In this document: positions 50,429 through 61,800 of the stretch, piece by piece | Layout of the letters: the number at the start of each line of letters is the position of its first letter | Numbering within the stretch: position 1 is the first letter of the stretch | DNA from: Candidatus Cloacimonadales bacterium | GTDB taxonomy: Bacteria; Cloacimonadota; Cloacimonadia; Cloacimonadales; JAFGVF01 | DNA length: 64,000 bases | Reading direction: 5' to 3' | NCBI GenBank assembly: GCA_963662585.1 | Contig: OY759729.1 | Location: 768,001 to 832,000, forward strand | Position numbers and translations under genes: made by a program | The notes under the pieces: generated by a model | Databases searched by the model: none | What the model saw: only the letters and a program-made list of their open reading frames with translations | What the model was told of the DNA's origin: nothing

Positions 50429-51536
50429 TTTGCTCCTCCCATTCTACTAATAACTGCTCCCAGCTTTGGGAATTTAGGTGTTTAAGTGTGGTAAAAGAAA
50501 CACCTAATAATCTAACCTTCCGATTAGTATCATAAGTGTCTATCAAAATCCTTCTGCACTCTTTTAGTAACTCGTGATAATTTGAGGTATAGGTAGAAAG
50601 AGTCTTACCACGAGTTAAAGTATCAAAATTATCATATCTCAACTTAAGAGTAATTGTTTTAATCTCTATTTCTTCTTTCTTTATTTTATCGGCTAATTTT
50701 GTTATAATTCCCTCTAAGTGTTGAAAAAGAACTCTTAAATCATCAACATCAATTCTGAAAGTACTCTCTTTTCCTATAGACTTGCGAATATGATCTGTAC
50801 TTACTTCTCGGTTGTCGATTCCTCTTACTAAATAATAATACTGATAACCTATTTTACCATAATTATCTATTAACCAACTCAGTTCTTTTTTTAATAAATC
50901 TGCTCCAGTATGAATGCCCTGATTTTTAAGCTGAGCTGTTGTAGATTTTCCAATACCATGGAACTTTCCGATGGGCAAGGAAGATAGCACTTTAATCGCA
51001 TCCTTAGGAAGAATAACACATAGGCCATCAGGCTTGTTTAAATCAGAAGCAATTTTGGCTAAGAACTTATTATAAGATACTCCAGCAGAAGCAGTAAGAT
51101 TAACTTCCTGCTTTATTCTTGCTCTAATTTCTTGAGCAATATGAGTTGCTGAGGGGATTCCCAGCTTATTTGTAGTTACATCAAGATAAGCTTCATCAAG
51201 GGACATGGGTTGAACTAAATCAGAATACTCTCTAAAGATAGCAAAAATCTTATCAGTTGCTTCTTTGTAGGCTTCAAAACGAGGACGAACAAAGATACCA
51301 TTAGGGCAAAGTTTATGGGCTATTGTTGCAGGCATGGCAGAATGAACGCCATACTTTCTGGCCTCATAGGAGCAAGTAGAGACAACTCCCCTCTCGCCAA
51401 CTGCACCACCAACAATTACCGGTTTGCCTCTTAATTCAGGGAAATCCCTTTGTTCTATAGCAGCAAAATAGGCATCCATATCAACATGGATGATCTTTCT
51501 AATTTGTTCTTTCTTATCCCAATCTCTTCTATCCAT
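50403..51536 (-). CDS. dinB: DNA polymerase IV
   Basis: IHVDMDAYFA, SYEARKYGV, SLDEAYLD, NKFLAKIASD. Confidence 0.96.
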   Translation of the reverse strand: MDRRDWDKKEQIRKIIHVDMDAYFAAIEQRDFPELRGKPVIVGGAVGERGVVSTCSYEARKYGVHSAMPATIAHKLCPNGIFVRPRFEAYKEATDKIFAIFREYSDLVQPMSLDEAYLDVTTNKLGIPSATHIAQEIRARIKQEVNLTASAGVSYNKFLAKIASDLNKPDGLCVILPKDAIKVLSSLPIGKFHGIGKSTTAQLKNQGIHTGADLLKKELSWLIDNYGKIGYQYYYLVRGIDNREVSTDHIRKSIGKESTFRIDVDDLRVLFQHLEGIITKLADKIKKEEIEIKTITLKLRYDNFDTLTRGKTLSTYTSNYHELLKECRRILIDTYDTNRKVRLLGVSFTTLKHLNSQSWEQLLVEWEEQIDQFRFSK

Positions 51537-51565
51537 CTCCCCTCAGAATCTCTCTCTAAACTCTC

Positions 51566-52081
51566 TTAGAAATTATCAAAATCTAATATAGCTGAAGGTT
51601 TATTTCCTTCTCTACCTTTATTTTCTCTGTACTTCTTAACTAATCCTTGTAAGAACTTTCTAAGGAGCTGATCTTTACAAGGCTGATAATGATGATTATC
51701 TTTAGCTCTAAAGAGAGCACTTAACTGATTCTTAGAGAATTCCATACCTTCTAATTTCAACACAGCTAACATATCACTATCTTTATAATTAAGAGCTATC
51801 CTAAGTTTTCTCAAAATCTGATTATTATCTAATTCAATATGAGAAGGAGCTTCACCACCATCACCTTGCTTTCCTCTTCTATAGATGATTAATCCATTTA
51901 AGAAAGTTTCTAGAGTTTCACTATCGCAAAACTGAAAATGGTCATCATTATCTTTAGCACAATAAGCACAAACTTCTTCTCGAGTTAATATTTTTCCACC
52001 TGCCTTAAAAACATCAATCAGTTTAAAATCATTTAAGTCTAAAGCATATCTAATCTTTTTCAAGATAAAATTATTATCCAT
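51566..52081 (-). CDS. DUF1456 (YehS-like) protein
   Basis: NNFILKKIRYALDL, FLNGLI..RG, NNQILRKLRIAL, CKDQLLRKFL. Confidence 0.88.
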   Translation of the reverse strand: MDNNFILKKIRYALDLNDFKLIDVFKAGGKILTREEVCAYCAKDNDDHFQFCDSETLETFLNGLIIYRRGKQGDGGEAPSHIELDNNQILRKLRIALNYKDSDMLAVLKLEGMEFSKNQLSALFRAKDNHHYQPCKDQLLRKFLQGLVKKYRENKGREGNKPSAILDFDNF

Positions 52082-52282
52082 TTTAATTCCTTTGTTATTA
52101 ATTATTACTAAATTGATACTAACTTCATTTTAGTCAAGATATTTAAATTGCTCCTATAGTGGTATATTTTAAGCTATTGAGGAGTAAATCTCAAACATAA
52201 GTTAGTAGCTCCTAACATTTATCTTGACAATATTCTATATCATACTTTTTTGGTATAAATTAATTATTAAAGAAAAAACGGA

Positions 52283-54523
52283 GTGAGTATGAAGAAATTC
52301 ACCATAGCTTTGGCAGGAAATCCTAACTGTGGAAAAACAACAGTTTTTAATGCCCTTACTGGAGCCAAACAGACCATAGGTAACTGGCCTGGCGTTACTG
52401 TAGAGAAAAAAGTAGGAAGCTATATAGATGGAGATATTTCTGTTGATGTAGTTGATATGCCTGGTATATATTCTTTTTCAGCTTTTTCGGAAGATGAGAA
52501 AGTTTCACGAGATTATATTCTCAGTAAAGATGCCGACCTAATCGTTCAAATATTAGACGCGTCTAATCTTCAAAGAAACTTATATCTAACTGTTCAGCTT
52601 ATCGAAATGAATGTTCCATTGGTTATTGTTTTAAACATGATGGATACTTTAAAAGATAAGAATATGGTTTTAGAAGTTGAGCATTTCGCTAAGCACTTAG
52701 ATTGCGTAGTTGTACCTACTAATGCTAGTAAAAAAGATGGGATTGAGAAATTAAAAGAAGTGATTAGAGATCATATCGGACAAGTTAATCCTCCAAAATT
52801 TAATATTTCTTATGACAGTATCCTAGAAAAAGAACTTAACGAAATTACAAAACAAGTAGAGCAAACAGCCAAAACTTCAGGTGTTGATAGTCGCTGGCTA
52901 GCCTTAAAAATATTAGAGAGTGATCCAATTGCAGATCGCTTTGTGAAAAAAGACCTTTCCAAAAGGAGAGATGAGGCTATTAAAAAAATTGAAAAACATA
53001 CTGGCGACCCTATAGATGTTGTGATAGCTGATGGCCGTTATGGTTTTATTAGGGGCTTAGTTAAAGATGTATTAGTAATTAAAACTGTTACCAGAGAGTC
53101 TGTTACAGATATTATTGATAAAGTAGTGTTGAATAAATACCTAGGAATTCCTATATTCTTATTAGTTATGATGGGTGTGTTTTATCTAACTATGAATGTT
53201 GGAGCTCCTTTTATTGACTTCTTTGATGGTCTTCTAGGCACTATTTTTGTTGATGGCTTCCGACTTGTCTTAAATGCCTTATCTTCTCCTGAGTGGTTAA
53301 CTACCCTACTTGCTGATGGAATTGGTGGTGGCTTACAAACACTTTCAACTTTTATACCTCCTATCTTCTTTATCTTCTTATCTTTATCTGTTTTAGAAGA
53401 TTCCGGATATATGTCTAGAGCAGCCTTCATTATGGATAAATTTATGAGAACAATAGGACTACCTGGAAAAGCTTTTATTCCTATGTTGGTAGGATTCGGC
53501 TGTACAGTACCTGCTATTATGGCTACTAGAACTTTAGAAAATAACCGTGATAGAATGTTGGCAATCTTGATGAATCCCTTTATGTCCTGTGGTGCTCGTT
53601 TACCTGTTTATACCCTACTCATTTCTGCCTTCTTTTCCAAAACTGCTGGATTAGTCATGTTCTCTATTTATTTTAGTGGAATAATCTTAGCGGTTCTATC
53701 AGGATTTTTGTTTAAATCAACTATCCTCCAAGGACAAGCTGCTACTTTCGTAATGGAGCTTCCAACTTACCATATTCCAACATTTAATGGTGTGATGTTG
53801 CATACTTGGAATAAATTAAAATCATTTATGATTAAAGCTGGAAAGGTTATTCTCCTAATTGTAATTTTAGTTTCTTTCGTTAACTCAATCGGAACTGATG
53901 GAAGTTTTGGTAATAATGACTCTTCTAATTCTGTCTTGACCTGGATAGGCAAAAAGACAACTCCTTTATTTAAACCAATGGGGATCAAAGAAGATAACTG
54001 GCCTGCAACAGTAGGATTATTTACAGGTATTTTTGCAAAAGAAGCAGTCATCGGAACTATGGATGCCCTCTATTCCCAACGAGACCCTAACTGGTCTTCA
54101 GAAGCTACTCTTGCTGATGATTTCTCACTTGGAGAAGGCATTAAAGAGGCCTTTCTTGCCATACCAATAGGTTTTGGTTGGATTGAAGCAGAAGAAGAAG
54201 AAGAGAGTTCTGCTTTAGTAGGATATGTACAAGAAGGATTTAATAATGACAAATTTGCTGCTTATGCTTATCTCTTATTTATCTTGATTTATGCTCCTTG
54301 CGTTGCTGCCATTGGGGCAATCTATCGAGAGACTAATCTCAACTGGACAATCTTTGCTGTAGCTTATCTCACCATACTAGCTTGGATTGTAGCAACTTTG
54401 TTCTATCAAATTGCTACTTTTGCAATAAACCCCTTAATTTCAACCATGTGGATTGCCATAAGTATTGCTATGTTCTTAGTTTTTTTCATCTCCCTGAAAT
54501 ATAAAAAGAAAACAGTCCTATAA
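52283..54523 (+). CDS. feoB: Ferrous iron transport protein B
   Basis: GNPNCGKTT, GNWPGVTVE, DMPG, NMMD, GFGCTVPA, MSCGARLP, YAPC. Start may be ATG 52289. Confidence 0.96.
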   Translation: MSMKKFTIALAGNPNCGKTTVFNALTGAKQTIGNWPGVTVEKKVGSYIDGDISVDVVDMPGIYSFSAFSEDEKVSRDYILSKDADLIVQILDASNLQRNLYLTVQLIEMNVPLVIVLNMMDTLKDKNMVLEVEHFAKHLDCVVVPTNASKKDGIEKLKEVIRDHIGQVNPPKFNISYDSILEKELNEITKQVEQTAKTSGVDSRWLALKILESDPIADRFVKKDLSKRRDEAIKKIEKHTGDPIDVVIADGRYGFIRGLVKDVLVIKTVTRESVTDIIDKVVLNKYLGIPIFLLVMMGVFYLTMNVGAPFIDFFDGLLGTIFVDGFRLVLNALSSPEWLTTLLADGIGGGLQTLSTFIPPIFFIFLSLSVLEDSGYMSRAAFIMDKFMRTIGLPGKAFIPMLVGFGCTVPAIMATRTLENNRDRMLAILMNPFMSCGARLPVYTLLISAFFSKTAGLVMFSIYFSGIILAVLSGFLFKSTILQGQAATFVMELPTYHIPTFNGVMLHTWNKLKSFMIKAGKVILLIVILVSFVNSIGTDGSFGNNDSSNSVLTWIGKKTTPLFKPMGIKEDNWPATVGLFTGIFAKEAVIGTMDALYSQRDPNWSSEATLADDFSLGEGIKEAFLAIPIGFGWIEAEEEEESSALVGYVQEGFNNDKFAAYAYLLFILIYAPCVAAIGAIYRETNLNWTIFAVAYLTILAWIVATLFYQIATFAINPLISTMWIAISIAMFLVFFISLKYKKKTVL

Positions 54524-54550
54524 GATAGTTTCTCCTAATAACATCCCACG

Positions 54551-54584
54551 AAAGACCTTCCTGATTTTCAGGAGGGTCTTTTTT
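54551..54584 (+). terminator. Rho-independent terminator of feoB
   Basis: AAAGACCTTCCTGA-TT-TCAGGAGGGTCTTTTTT. Confidence 0.85.
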
Positions 54585-54633
54585 GAAGGATCTAAAAAGT
54601 CAGATACACCATCTGCTTTAACCTGCTCTCAGT

Positions 54634-55354
54634 ATAACTGAAAAAGCGGGCATCTCTGCTGGTCGTGGACAATAATAACTGGGGTTACGGACCTTTAGTC
54701 CGTGAATCTTACATTCCCCTCTTTAGTGCTGAAAGCACGCTAAAAGAGGGGTGGCTGCGAAGCAGACGGGGTGTTTTTTAAATCCCCCTCCGCGAGGGGG
54801 ACACAGGGGGTGTTTTCTTCTATGGAGTGGAAGCGTCTCTGCTTCCACATTATACACTGGTATTTCTAGATTTTTAATCAGCTTAGAGACTATTCATCTG
54901 TTACTTATCAATTCACAGCGGAGAGAATATGGAGTGGAAGCGTCTCTGCTTCCACATTATACACTAGGATTTCTAGATTTTTAATCAGCTTAAAGACTAT
55001 TCATCTGTTACTTATCAATTCACAGCGGAGAGAATCTCCACAATCCGACAGAAGAGGGATTATCACACTAAATCCCCCTCCGTGAGGGGGACACAGGGGG
55101 TGATTCCATATTTCTCAAACTCCCCTCTTTAGTGCTGACAGCAGCACGCTTTAGTTGTAATAACTGGGAAAAAGGGCATCTCTACCCGCACCACGAAACT
55201 GCTTGGTGGAGAATCTTTTAAGACCAGCATCTCTGCTGGTCGCTGGCAGGATATCCGCATTCCCAGTTAGAAAGCCCCACATTTCTGCAGGGCTAATATA
55301 TTTCTATTGAGGTAGAACACCAGTGTCCCCCTCAAGAGGGTATTACACAGTTAT
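54634..55354. repeat. Mosaic REP-like cluster (families D, C, F, A, B) including a 107-bp direct repeat
   Basis: Same modules as 19198-19865; 54821-54927 repeated at 54928-55034. Confidence 0.85.
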
Positions 55355-58300
55355 CTACTTCATTAATACCATTTTCTTAGTAGATGTTTGGTTTCCAGCT
55401 TTTAATTTATAGAAGTAAACGCCGGAAGCAACAGCTTTATCTTGATCATTAACTCCATTCCAAACATAGGAATAAGAACCTTTTGAGAAATTATCTTTAG
55501 CCAAAGTTTTAACTTTTTGACCTTTAAGATTATAGATAGATAACTCAACATTATTAGCATCTTTAGCAAGTGTGAAACTAATTTTTGTAGTTGGATTGAA
55601 TGGATTAGGGTAGTTTTGAGCTAGACTAGAAGCTAGAGATTGAGCATCACTATTATCTTCATTAGAAACTGATGAAAAATCCACATATTGTGCATATACA
55701 CCAAGGATAACAGTTTTACCTGAAGATATACCGTCTGCCCAAACGAAGAAAGCTTTGCTATCACCCATTGGAGCGATTCTAACTGATTTTTGGTCTTTTA
55801 ATTCATCAGTTAATGGAATACCTGTAGATCCGTTGAGTGTTTCACCATTATATCTTAATAAATTCATATAAAGATCAAGTTCAACACCTTCTTGCTGTTC
55901 CCAAGCAATCGCATAATAGTCATTATTAATTCTTTCTATCTTAGGGTTAATTTGAGAGATATCACCTTCAGCGATAACAATACCTTCATCAGCGAATTGG
56001 TTTTCACCAGAGTATGATATTTTTTGCACTTTGATGTTTTCATTATCAGAAGTAAGACTTTCATTCCAAGTAACATAAACAGCATCACCAACAGCGATAT
56101 CAGGATTTAATGCTTCATTTAGCACATCTCCATAGTTGTGTAAACTTGTAGGAATTCCTTCTTGCCAAGTAAATGTACCATCATTGGCAAATCCTTGAGT
56201 AAATACAGTATTAAGTCCATCTTCTCTATCATCATTCCAAGTGTAGAAAAGATTATTATTGTAAGAGACTCCATTTCCACCAGCATCAACTGAAACGCCC
56301 ATTGGAGCTATTGAATTACCTTCAACTGAATAACCTTCAATAACTTGACCATCTTCATCAACCTTAACTACTCTTCTATCTGTTTGGAAAACATTCCAAA
56401 CATAATAATTACCTACTACATCGTACAATTGCATTTCTGTATCGAGGGTACCAGATAAAGAACCAGAAATCTGAACACCTTCGTTTCCCCACTGTCTTTG
56501 ACCATTACTAATTCTTTGACCAAATACTTGTTTGATGAAGATACTATCATCAGTAAGCATATTATCTGTCCAACCAAGATAGAAATCACCATTATATATG
56601 CTTACTCTTGGATCTTCTTGACCAGCAGTAAAAGCTGTGGTTAATTCTAGACCTTCATCACCAAACAAATAACTACCATCAACATCTATTAACTGAGCAT
56701 AAACTTTAGGATAAAAACCTCTTTGTTCAAGCCAAATAACAAGAGTTTGACCTTGGTCATTTGTAGCAGCTCTGAAATCTGATTGTTCAAAACCTGTAGG
56801 AATAGTTATAGGACGACCATTTTCTTCTAAATCTACAGATCCGTCAGGATTAATAAATTGGTAGAATATTTGATAACCATTACTAGCACTACGAGTATCC
56901 CACCATACTGCGATTACATCATTTTGAGCTAAACGAGGATGAACTTCAATAAGTTCGTTTTTACCAGCATCACCACTTAAACCGTAGAACACTGTTTCGC
57001 CATTTTCAGCTAAAACAAATTCTGAAGAAGCATTAATAATTTGTTGATCGATACCAATTGAACCTGTTCTAGCATCTAACCACACAACAAAGATATGGTC
57101 ATCATTCATTTTAATCAAAGGATTATTTTGTTCATTACTAGCAGTACAGATAGCAAGTCCATCATCTCCCCACTGGAATGTTCCATCAGAATTAAGATGT
57201 TGAGCATAAATATCAACTTGAGGGAAATCACCATTTCTCATATCTGTCCAAACAACATAAGCTCCACCATTTGTATCGCTATCAATACGAAGTGTTAACT
57301 CTCTTACTTGGTTAGCTCTGATTTCAACACCATCTTCAGCCCATACTTTCTCGCCTGAAGAGTTTATCTTCTGAGCAAAAATACCAACATTATCAAAGGC
57401 ACTTCTAGTATCTTGCCAAGCGATAATTGTATTTCCTAATCCATCAGCTTGAACTTGAGGATAACTTTGAGCAAAGCTTTGTTCGTCATCTTCATCACTA
57501 TAGACTTCGATATATTCTCCCCAATCAGCTGTTCCATCATCTAGTAATCTTTGAGCAAAGATATTTGTAGTAACTTCTCTTTTATCTTCCCAGACAAAAA
57601 CGAATCCACCTAAACCATCAGGAGATACTCTCACTGTTGATTGATCACCATTAGCAACAGCTACAGGTATTGGGTCACCCCAAACTGAATCACCATCACT
57701 ATTAAATCTTTTAGCAAAGATATTAGCATTATTATTAATTGCTACTTGATAACCAATAAAGAATCCACCAGCGCCATCTTCTCTCATTGAATTAGAAGTT
57801 TCTGGGTAATTAGTATTAGCAATTGGCATACCATCAGTAGCCCATAAATTTGTTCCATCGCCATCTAAGTTAGCAGCATATAAATCTACAGAAGGATTTC
57901 TACTATCTCTCCAAAGAATATAAGCACCACCAACATTGTTTTCTACAATATTAAGCGAAATTTGGATATCTTGATAAGTACAAACAGGAACACCGCCCTC
58001 TTGCCAAAGAAGTTCACCAGTATTGCTTATTTTTTGAGCATAGACATCACCGTCTTGCTCAATAGAAAAATCAATCCAAGCAATTACAAAATTACCATCT
58101 GAGCTTTTAATAATAACAGGATCTTCTTGTCTGTCAATTTTGTTATCGATAATAGTTGGTTCATCACCCCATACTGAGTTTCCCGAACCATCAAATTTCA
58201 TAGCAAATAGGTCTCTTCCACCATATTTGGTGTCTGACCATACATAGACAATACCACCATCATCGGCAGTTGCCGTAGCACGAGACCACTCAATATTAAC

Positions 58301-58393
58301 ACCCTGTCTTATTGGCAAAGCACTGTCCCACATAGTTTGTGCTGCCATAAGTGTCGTAAGTAACATTAGCAAAACAATAAGTCTAATTTTCAT
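55355..58393 (-). CDS. Large secreted repeat protein with C-terminal sorting domain, paralog 2
   Basis: Collinear and highly similar to 45334-48360 (QTMW..LPIRQGVNIEW; NYPNPFNPTT). Start placed at MKIRLIV after GGAGG. Confidence 0.85.
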   Translation of the reverse strand: MKIRLIVLLMLLTTLMAAQTMWDSALPIRQGVNIEWSRATATADDGGIVYVWSDTKYGGRDLFAMKFDGSGNSVWGDEPTIIDNKIDRQEDPVIIKSSDGNFVIAWIDFSIEQDGDVYAQKISNTGELLWQEGGVPVCTYQDIQISLNIVENNVGGAYILWRDSRNPSVDLYAANLDGDGTNLWATDGMPIANTNYPETSNSMREDGAGGFFIGYQVAINNNANIFAKRFNSDGDSVWGDPIPVAVANGDQSTVRVSPDGLGGFVFVWEDKREVTTNIFAQRLLDDGTADWGEYIEVYSDEDDEQSFAQSYPQVQADGLGNTIIAWQDTRSAFDNVGIFAQKINSSGEKVWAEDGVEIRANQVRELTLRIDSDTNGGAYVVWTDMRNGDFPQVDIYAQHLNSDGTFQWGDDGLAICTASNEQNNPLIKMNDDHIFVVWLDARTGSIGIDQQIINASSEFVLAENGETVFYGLSGDAGKNELIEVHPRLAQNDVIAVWWDTRSASNGYQIFYQFINPDGSVDLEENGRPITIPTGFEQSDFRAATNDQGQTLVIWLEQRGFYPKVYAQLIDVDGSYLFGDEGLELTTAFTAGQEDPRVSIYNGDFYLGWTDNMLTDDSIFIKQVFGQRISNGQRQWGNEGVQISGSLSGTLDTEMQLYDVVGNYYVWNVFQTDRRVVKVDEDGQVIEGYSVEGNSIAPMGVSVDAGGNGVSYNNNLFYTWNDDREDGLNTVFTQGFANDGTFTWQEGIPTSLHNYGDVLNEALNPDIAVGDAVYVTWNESLTSDNENIKVQKISYSGENQFADEGIVIAEGDISQINPKIERINNDYYAIAWEQQEGVELDLYMNLLRYNGETLNGSTGIPLTDELKDQKSVRIAPMGDSKAFFVWADGISSGKTVILGVYAQYVDFSSVSNEDNSDAQSLASSLAQNYPNPFNPTTKISFTLAKDANNVELSIYNLKGQKVKTLAKDNFSKGSYSYVWNGVNDQDKAVASGVYFYKLKAGNQTSTKKMVLMK

Positions 58394-58820
58394 TAGATCC
58401 TCCATATAATATTTAACTCTTTTAAAATCTAATTAAAATATCATACAATGCAAGATACTTTCCAAAATATAATTAATAATTTAGGAAGAAGGGAATGTGG
58501 ATTGGATAAATAGAGATTAATCCTAGATTATGGAGTAAATTTACTTTTAGTGGTTATGAATAATCCTTAGCTCTCTTAGAAAAAGTTTAGTCTTTAATAA
58601 CTTAACCCTTTATTAGTTATTCCCCGAATATTAGTGTAACATCGCTAGGGTTAATTCTTTATTAGAATTGGAAGAGCCCCTGGGTCACTTTGCAGGAGAA
58701 GGAATAAGAGGTCTGGTCATATTCATATACTTTGGGTTACTTAGTGTAAAAAAGCATTTGCCTTTTCTCTTTATCTTTTCTCTTTATCTTCCTCTTCTTT
58801 GTAAATTATAATCTCAAGTT

Positions 58821-61800
58821 TTATTTTTTATTTTCCAGATATTTTTCTAACAGACTAACTAATCTATCTTGGTCAATAGGTTTAGTGATGTAATCATCCA
58901 TACCAGCAACTAAGCAACGAGCTGTATCTTCTTTGGTTGCTCCAGCTGTAAGGGCAATAATTGGAGTATGCATTCCTTTGCTCTTTTCCTTCTCCCTAAT
59001 AAGCTTAGTAGCTTGTAGGCCATCCATTAGGGGCATTTGCACATCCATTAAGATAATATCAAAGTTCTCAATTGAGAATTTATCTACTGCTTCTTTACCA
59101 TTAATTACAGAAGTTATTTCAGCTTGAGGGATAAGTTTATTGATAATGTTTTGTATTAAGACTAAGTTAATATTAACATCTTCGGCTATCAAAATTTTCT
59201 GTGCTCCTTTCTGACTTAAATCACTTGATTTTACTTTTAGTTTAAGAGTCCCTTGCTTATGGTCAAGGGAGTTAAAAATATTGGAAATATATTCTCTTAA
59301 TTCAATAGCCTTAATAGGCTTAAGAAGTGTATGTTTAATATTTAACCCAGGAATTAATTGACTAATCTCTTCATCTAGTGTGGAGTTAAGTAAAAGAATG
59401 ATAGGCATCTGCTCATAGCTTCTGAGTCTTTCCCTTATGATTTTAATTGCTTCAAGTCCATCCATTCCTGGCATAGAATAGTCAAAAATAGCCAAATCTA
59501 TGGTATTATCTTTCTCTAATGTATCTATTGCTTCTTGTCCTGAAGATACACTAACATAGTCAATATTCCAGTAAGAAATATTCCTTTCCATTATCAAGCG
59601 ATTATTTTCATTATCATCAACAAGGAGAATTCTTTTGTTTAATTTCTTTTGAGAAATTAAGTTTTCTTCACTAATCTTATAATCTGTTTCAATGGTAAAA
59701 TAGAAGTTACTTCCTTCACCTACAGTACTTTCAACTTCAATTTTACTACCCATTTTCTCAACAAGTAAATTAGAAATTGTTAGACCTAAGCCAGTACCAC
59801 CATATCTTCTAGTAATTGAGGAATCAGCTTGAGAAAAAGCTGAGAAAAGCTTTTCTTTTTGGGATACAGAAATACCGATACCTGTATCTTTGATAGAAAA
59901 GAGAATATTTCCCTTTTTATCATCTATAGCCGAGAATTTGATGTTAAGTAATACCTCTCCTTTTGGAGTAAATTTAATAGCATTATTTAAGAGGTTAATT
60001 AGTACCTGTTTTAATCTAATAGGATCAGTTTTAATAAGAGATGGGAGGTTTGGGTCAATATTGAGTAATAAATCAATGTGTTTCTTTTCGGCATGATATT
60101 TCAAGATATCAATAGTATGGATAATTAACTCATGAATATCTGTTTCTACAAGATCTAAGTCTAGTTTTCCTGCTTCGATTTTGGAGAAATCTAAAATATC
60201 GTTAATAATTCCTAAGAGAGCCTGACCAGAAATGTTAGTATGATAGGCATATTGTTGTTGTACAGAATCAAGTTCTGTATTCATTAATAGTTCAGTAAAA
60301 CCAATAACACCATTTAGAGGTGTTCTGATTTCATGGCTCATATTGGCGAGAAATTCTGATTTAGCCTTATTAGCTTGTTGAGCTTGAATAGTTTTCTCTT
60401 TAAGAGATTCTTGAACTTTATTCTTTTCGATTTCAATACTATTTCTAATATAAACATCACCAATGATATTTGAAATAATTTTTAACAGTTCAATATCTTC
60501 TTCAGATAAAATCAGCTTTTGAGAAGTGGAATCGAAGCCCAAAAAACCGAAAAATTTATTGTTCCTGCTGATGGGAATCCATAGGACAGATTTCAAATTT
60601 AGCTTAGAAAAGAATGATCTTTCCTTGGAATCAGTTGTTAAATCATCCATATCAGAAATAAATAATGTATCCTGTTCGGCCACAATTTCCTTAATCAGAG
60701 GATTTCCATTTATATTTATCTTACCAATTTGTTTTTTCTCGGATACTTCTTTAATATTACACCACTCGTAAGAGTAATCCAAATTGTCTCTATTATCTGT
60801 AAACTCTAGGATATAGGTATGACTTGCTCGAATTAATTCACCTAATTTAGCCAACATCATTCTAAATTTATCTTGATAATTACTAAGATTAACATCAATA
60901 AACTCAGCAGATATTGTGGCAACCATTCTTTGATACTTATTTTGAAATTCTACTCTTATTTCAGCAATTTTCCTTAATGTTATATCTGTATCACTTCCTT
61001 GAAAACCAACCATTTGACCTAAATCATTAACTTTAGGCAAGCCGCTGGAGAGAAACCACATCATCCTACCAGTTTTATGGACCATTCTACTTTCAATATT
61101 TGAAATCGTAGTTTTATCTTTCATTACTTTAAAACCAAGCTCTTTGTTCTCTTCTCTTGATTCTTCAGGAAACAGGTCATAAAAGTACTTTTTACCTACA
61201 ATTTCTGATTTTTTATAACCTAGGACATTCTCAACATTTGAACTAACATAAGTGTATTTACCACTACTATCAATCTCCCAATTTATAGTCCTACTTTGAT
61301 TTATGATTGATTCATAACGATCCACAGCTCTCTTGAGTTTCCTTTCACTTCTCTTTTTTTCTGTAATATCTCGACTTACAATCAATATAGCATAAGCTTT
61401 TCCTGCGGAATTTTTAATAACTTCTGCATTAGCTTCTGCATAGAAAAGTCTTCCATTCTTCTTAACCATTTTATACTCTGTGAAACCTGAATAAGTACCT
61501 TCTAACATTAATTTTATTTCATGTAAAGCTTTTTGGTGTAAAGAAGGGTGGATAAAACCTAATATATTTTTACCTACTACATCACTTTTTTGAGAATATC
61601 CCCACATTTTTATAGCTTCTTTAGAAGCATAAGTTATTTTACCATTTAAATCACCAATAATCAAGCCATCAGGAATTGCTTGGATGATAGCTCTTTGCTT
61701 TTCTTCACCTAATTTAATTAATGAGTTTAACTTCTTAAGCTTTTTAATCCAATATATGAAAATAAGGAATAAGAGAACAGCTATTGAGGTGATGCTGATG

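Noticed and set aside
58406..58820. Riboswitch or ncRNA in the long leader of paralog 2
   Set aside because: No recognisable conserved motif by eye; an Rfam/Infernal scan would be needed.
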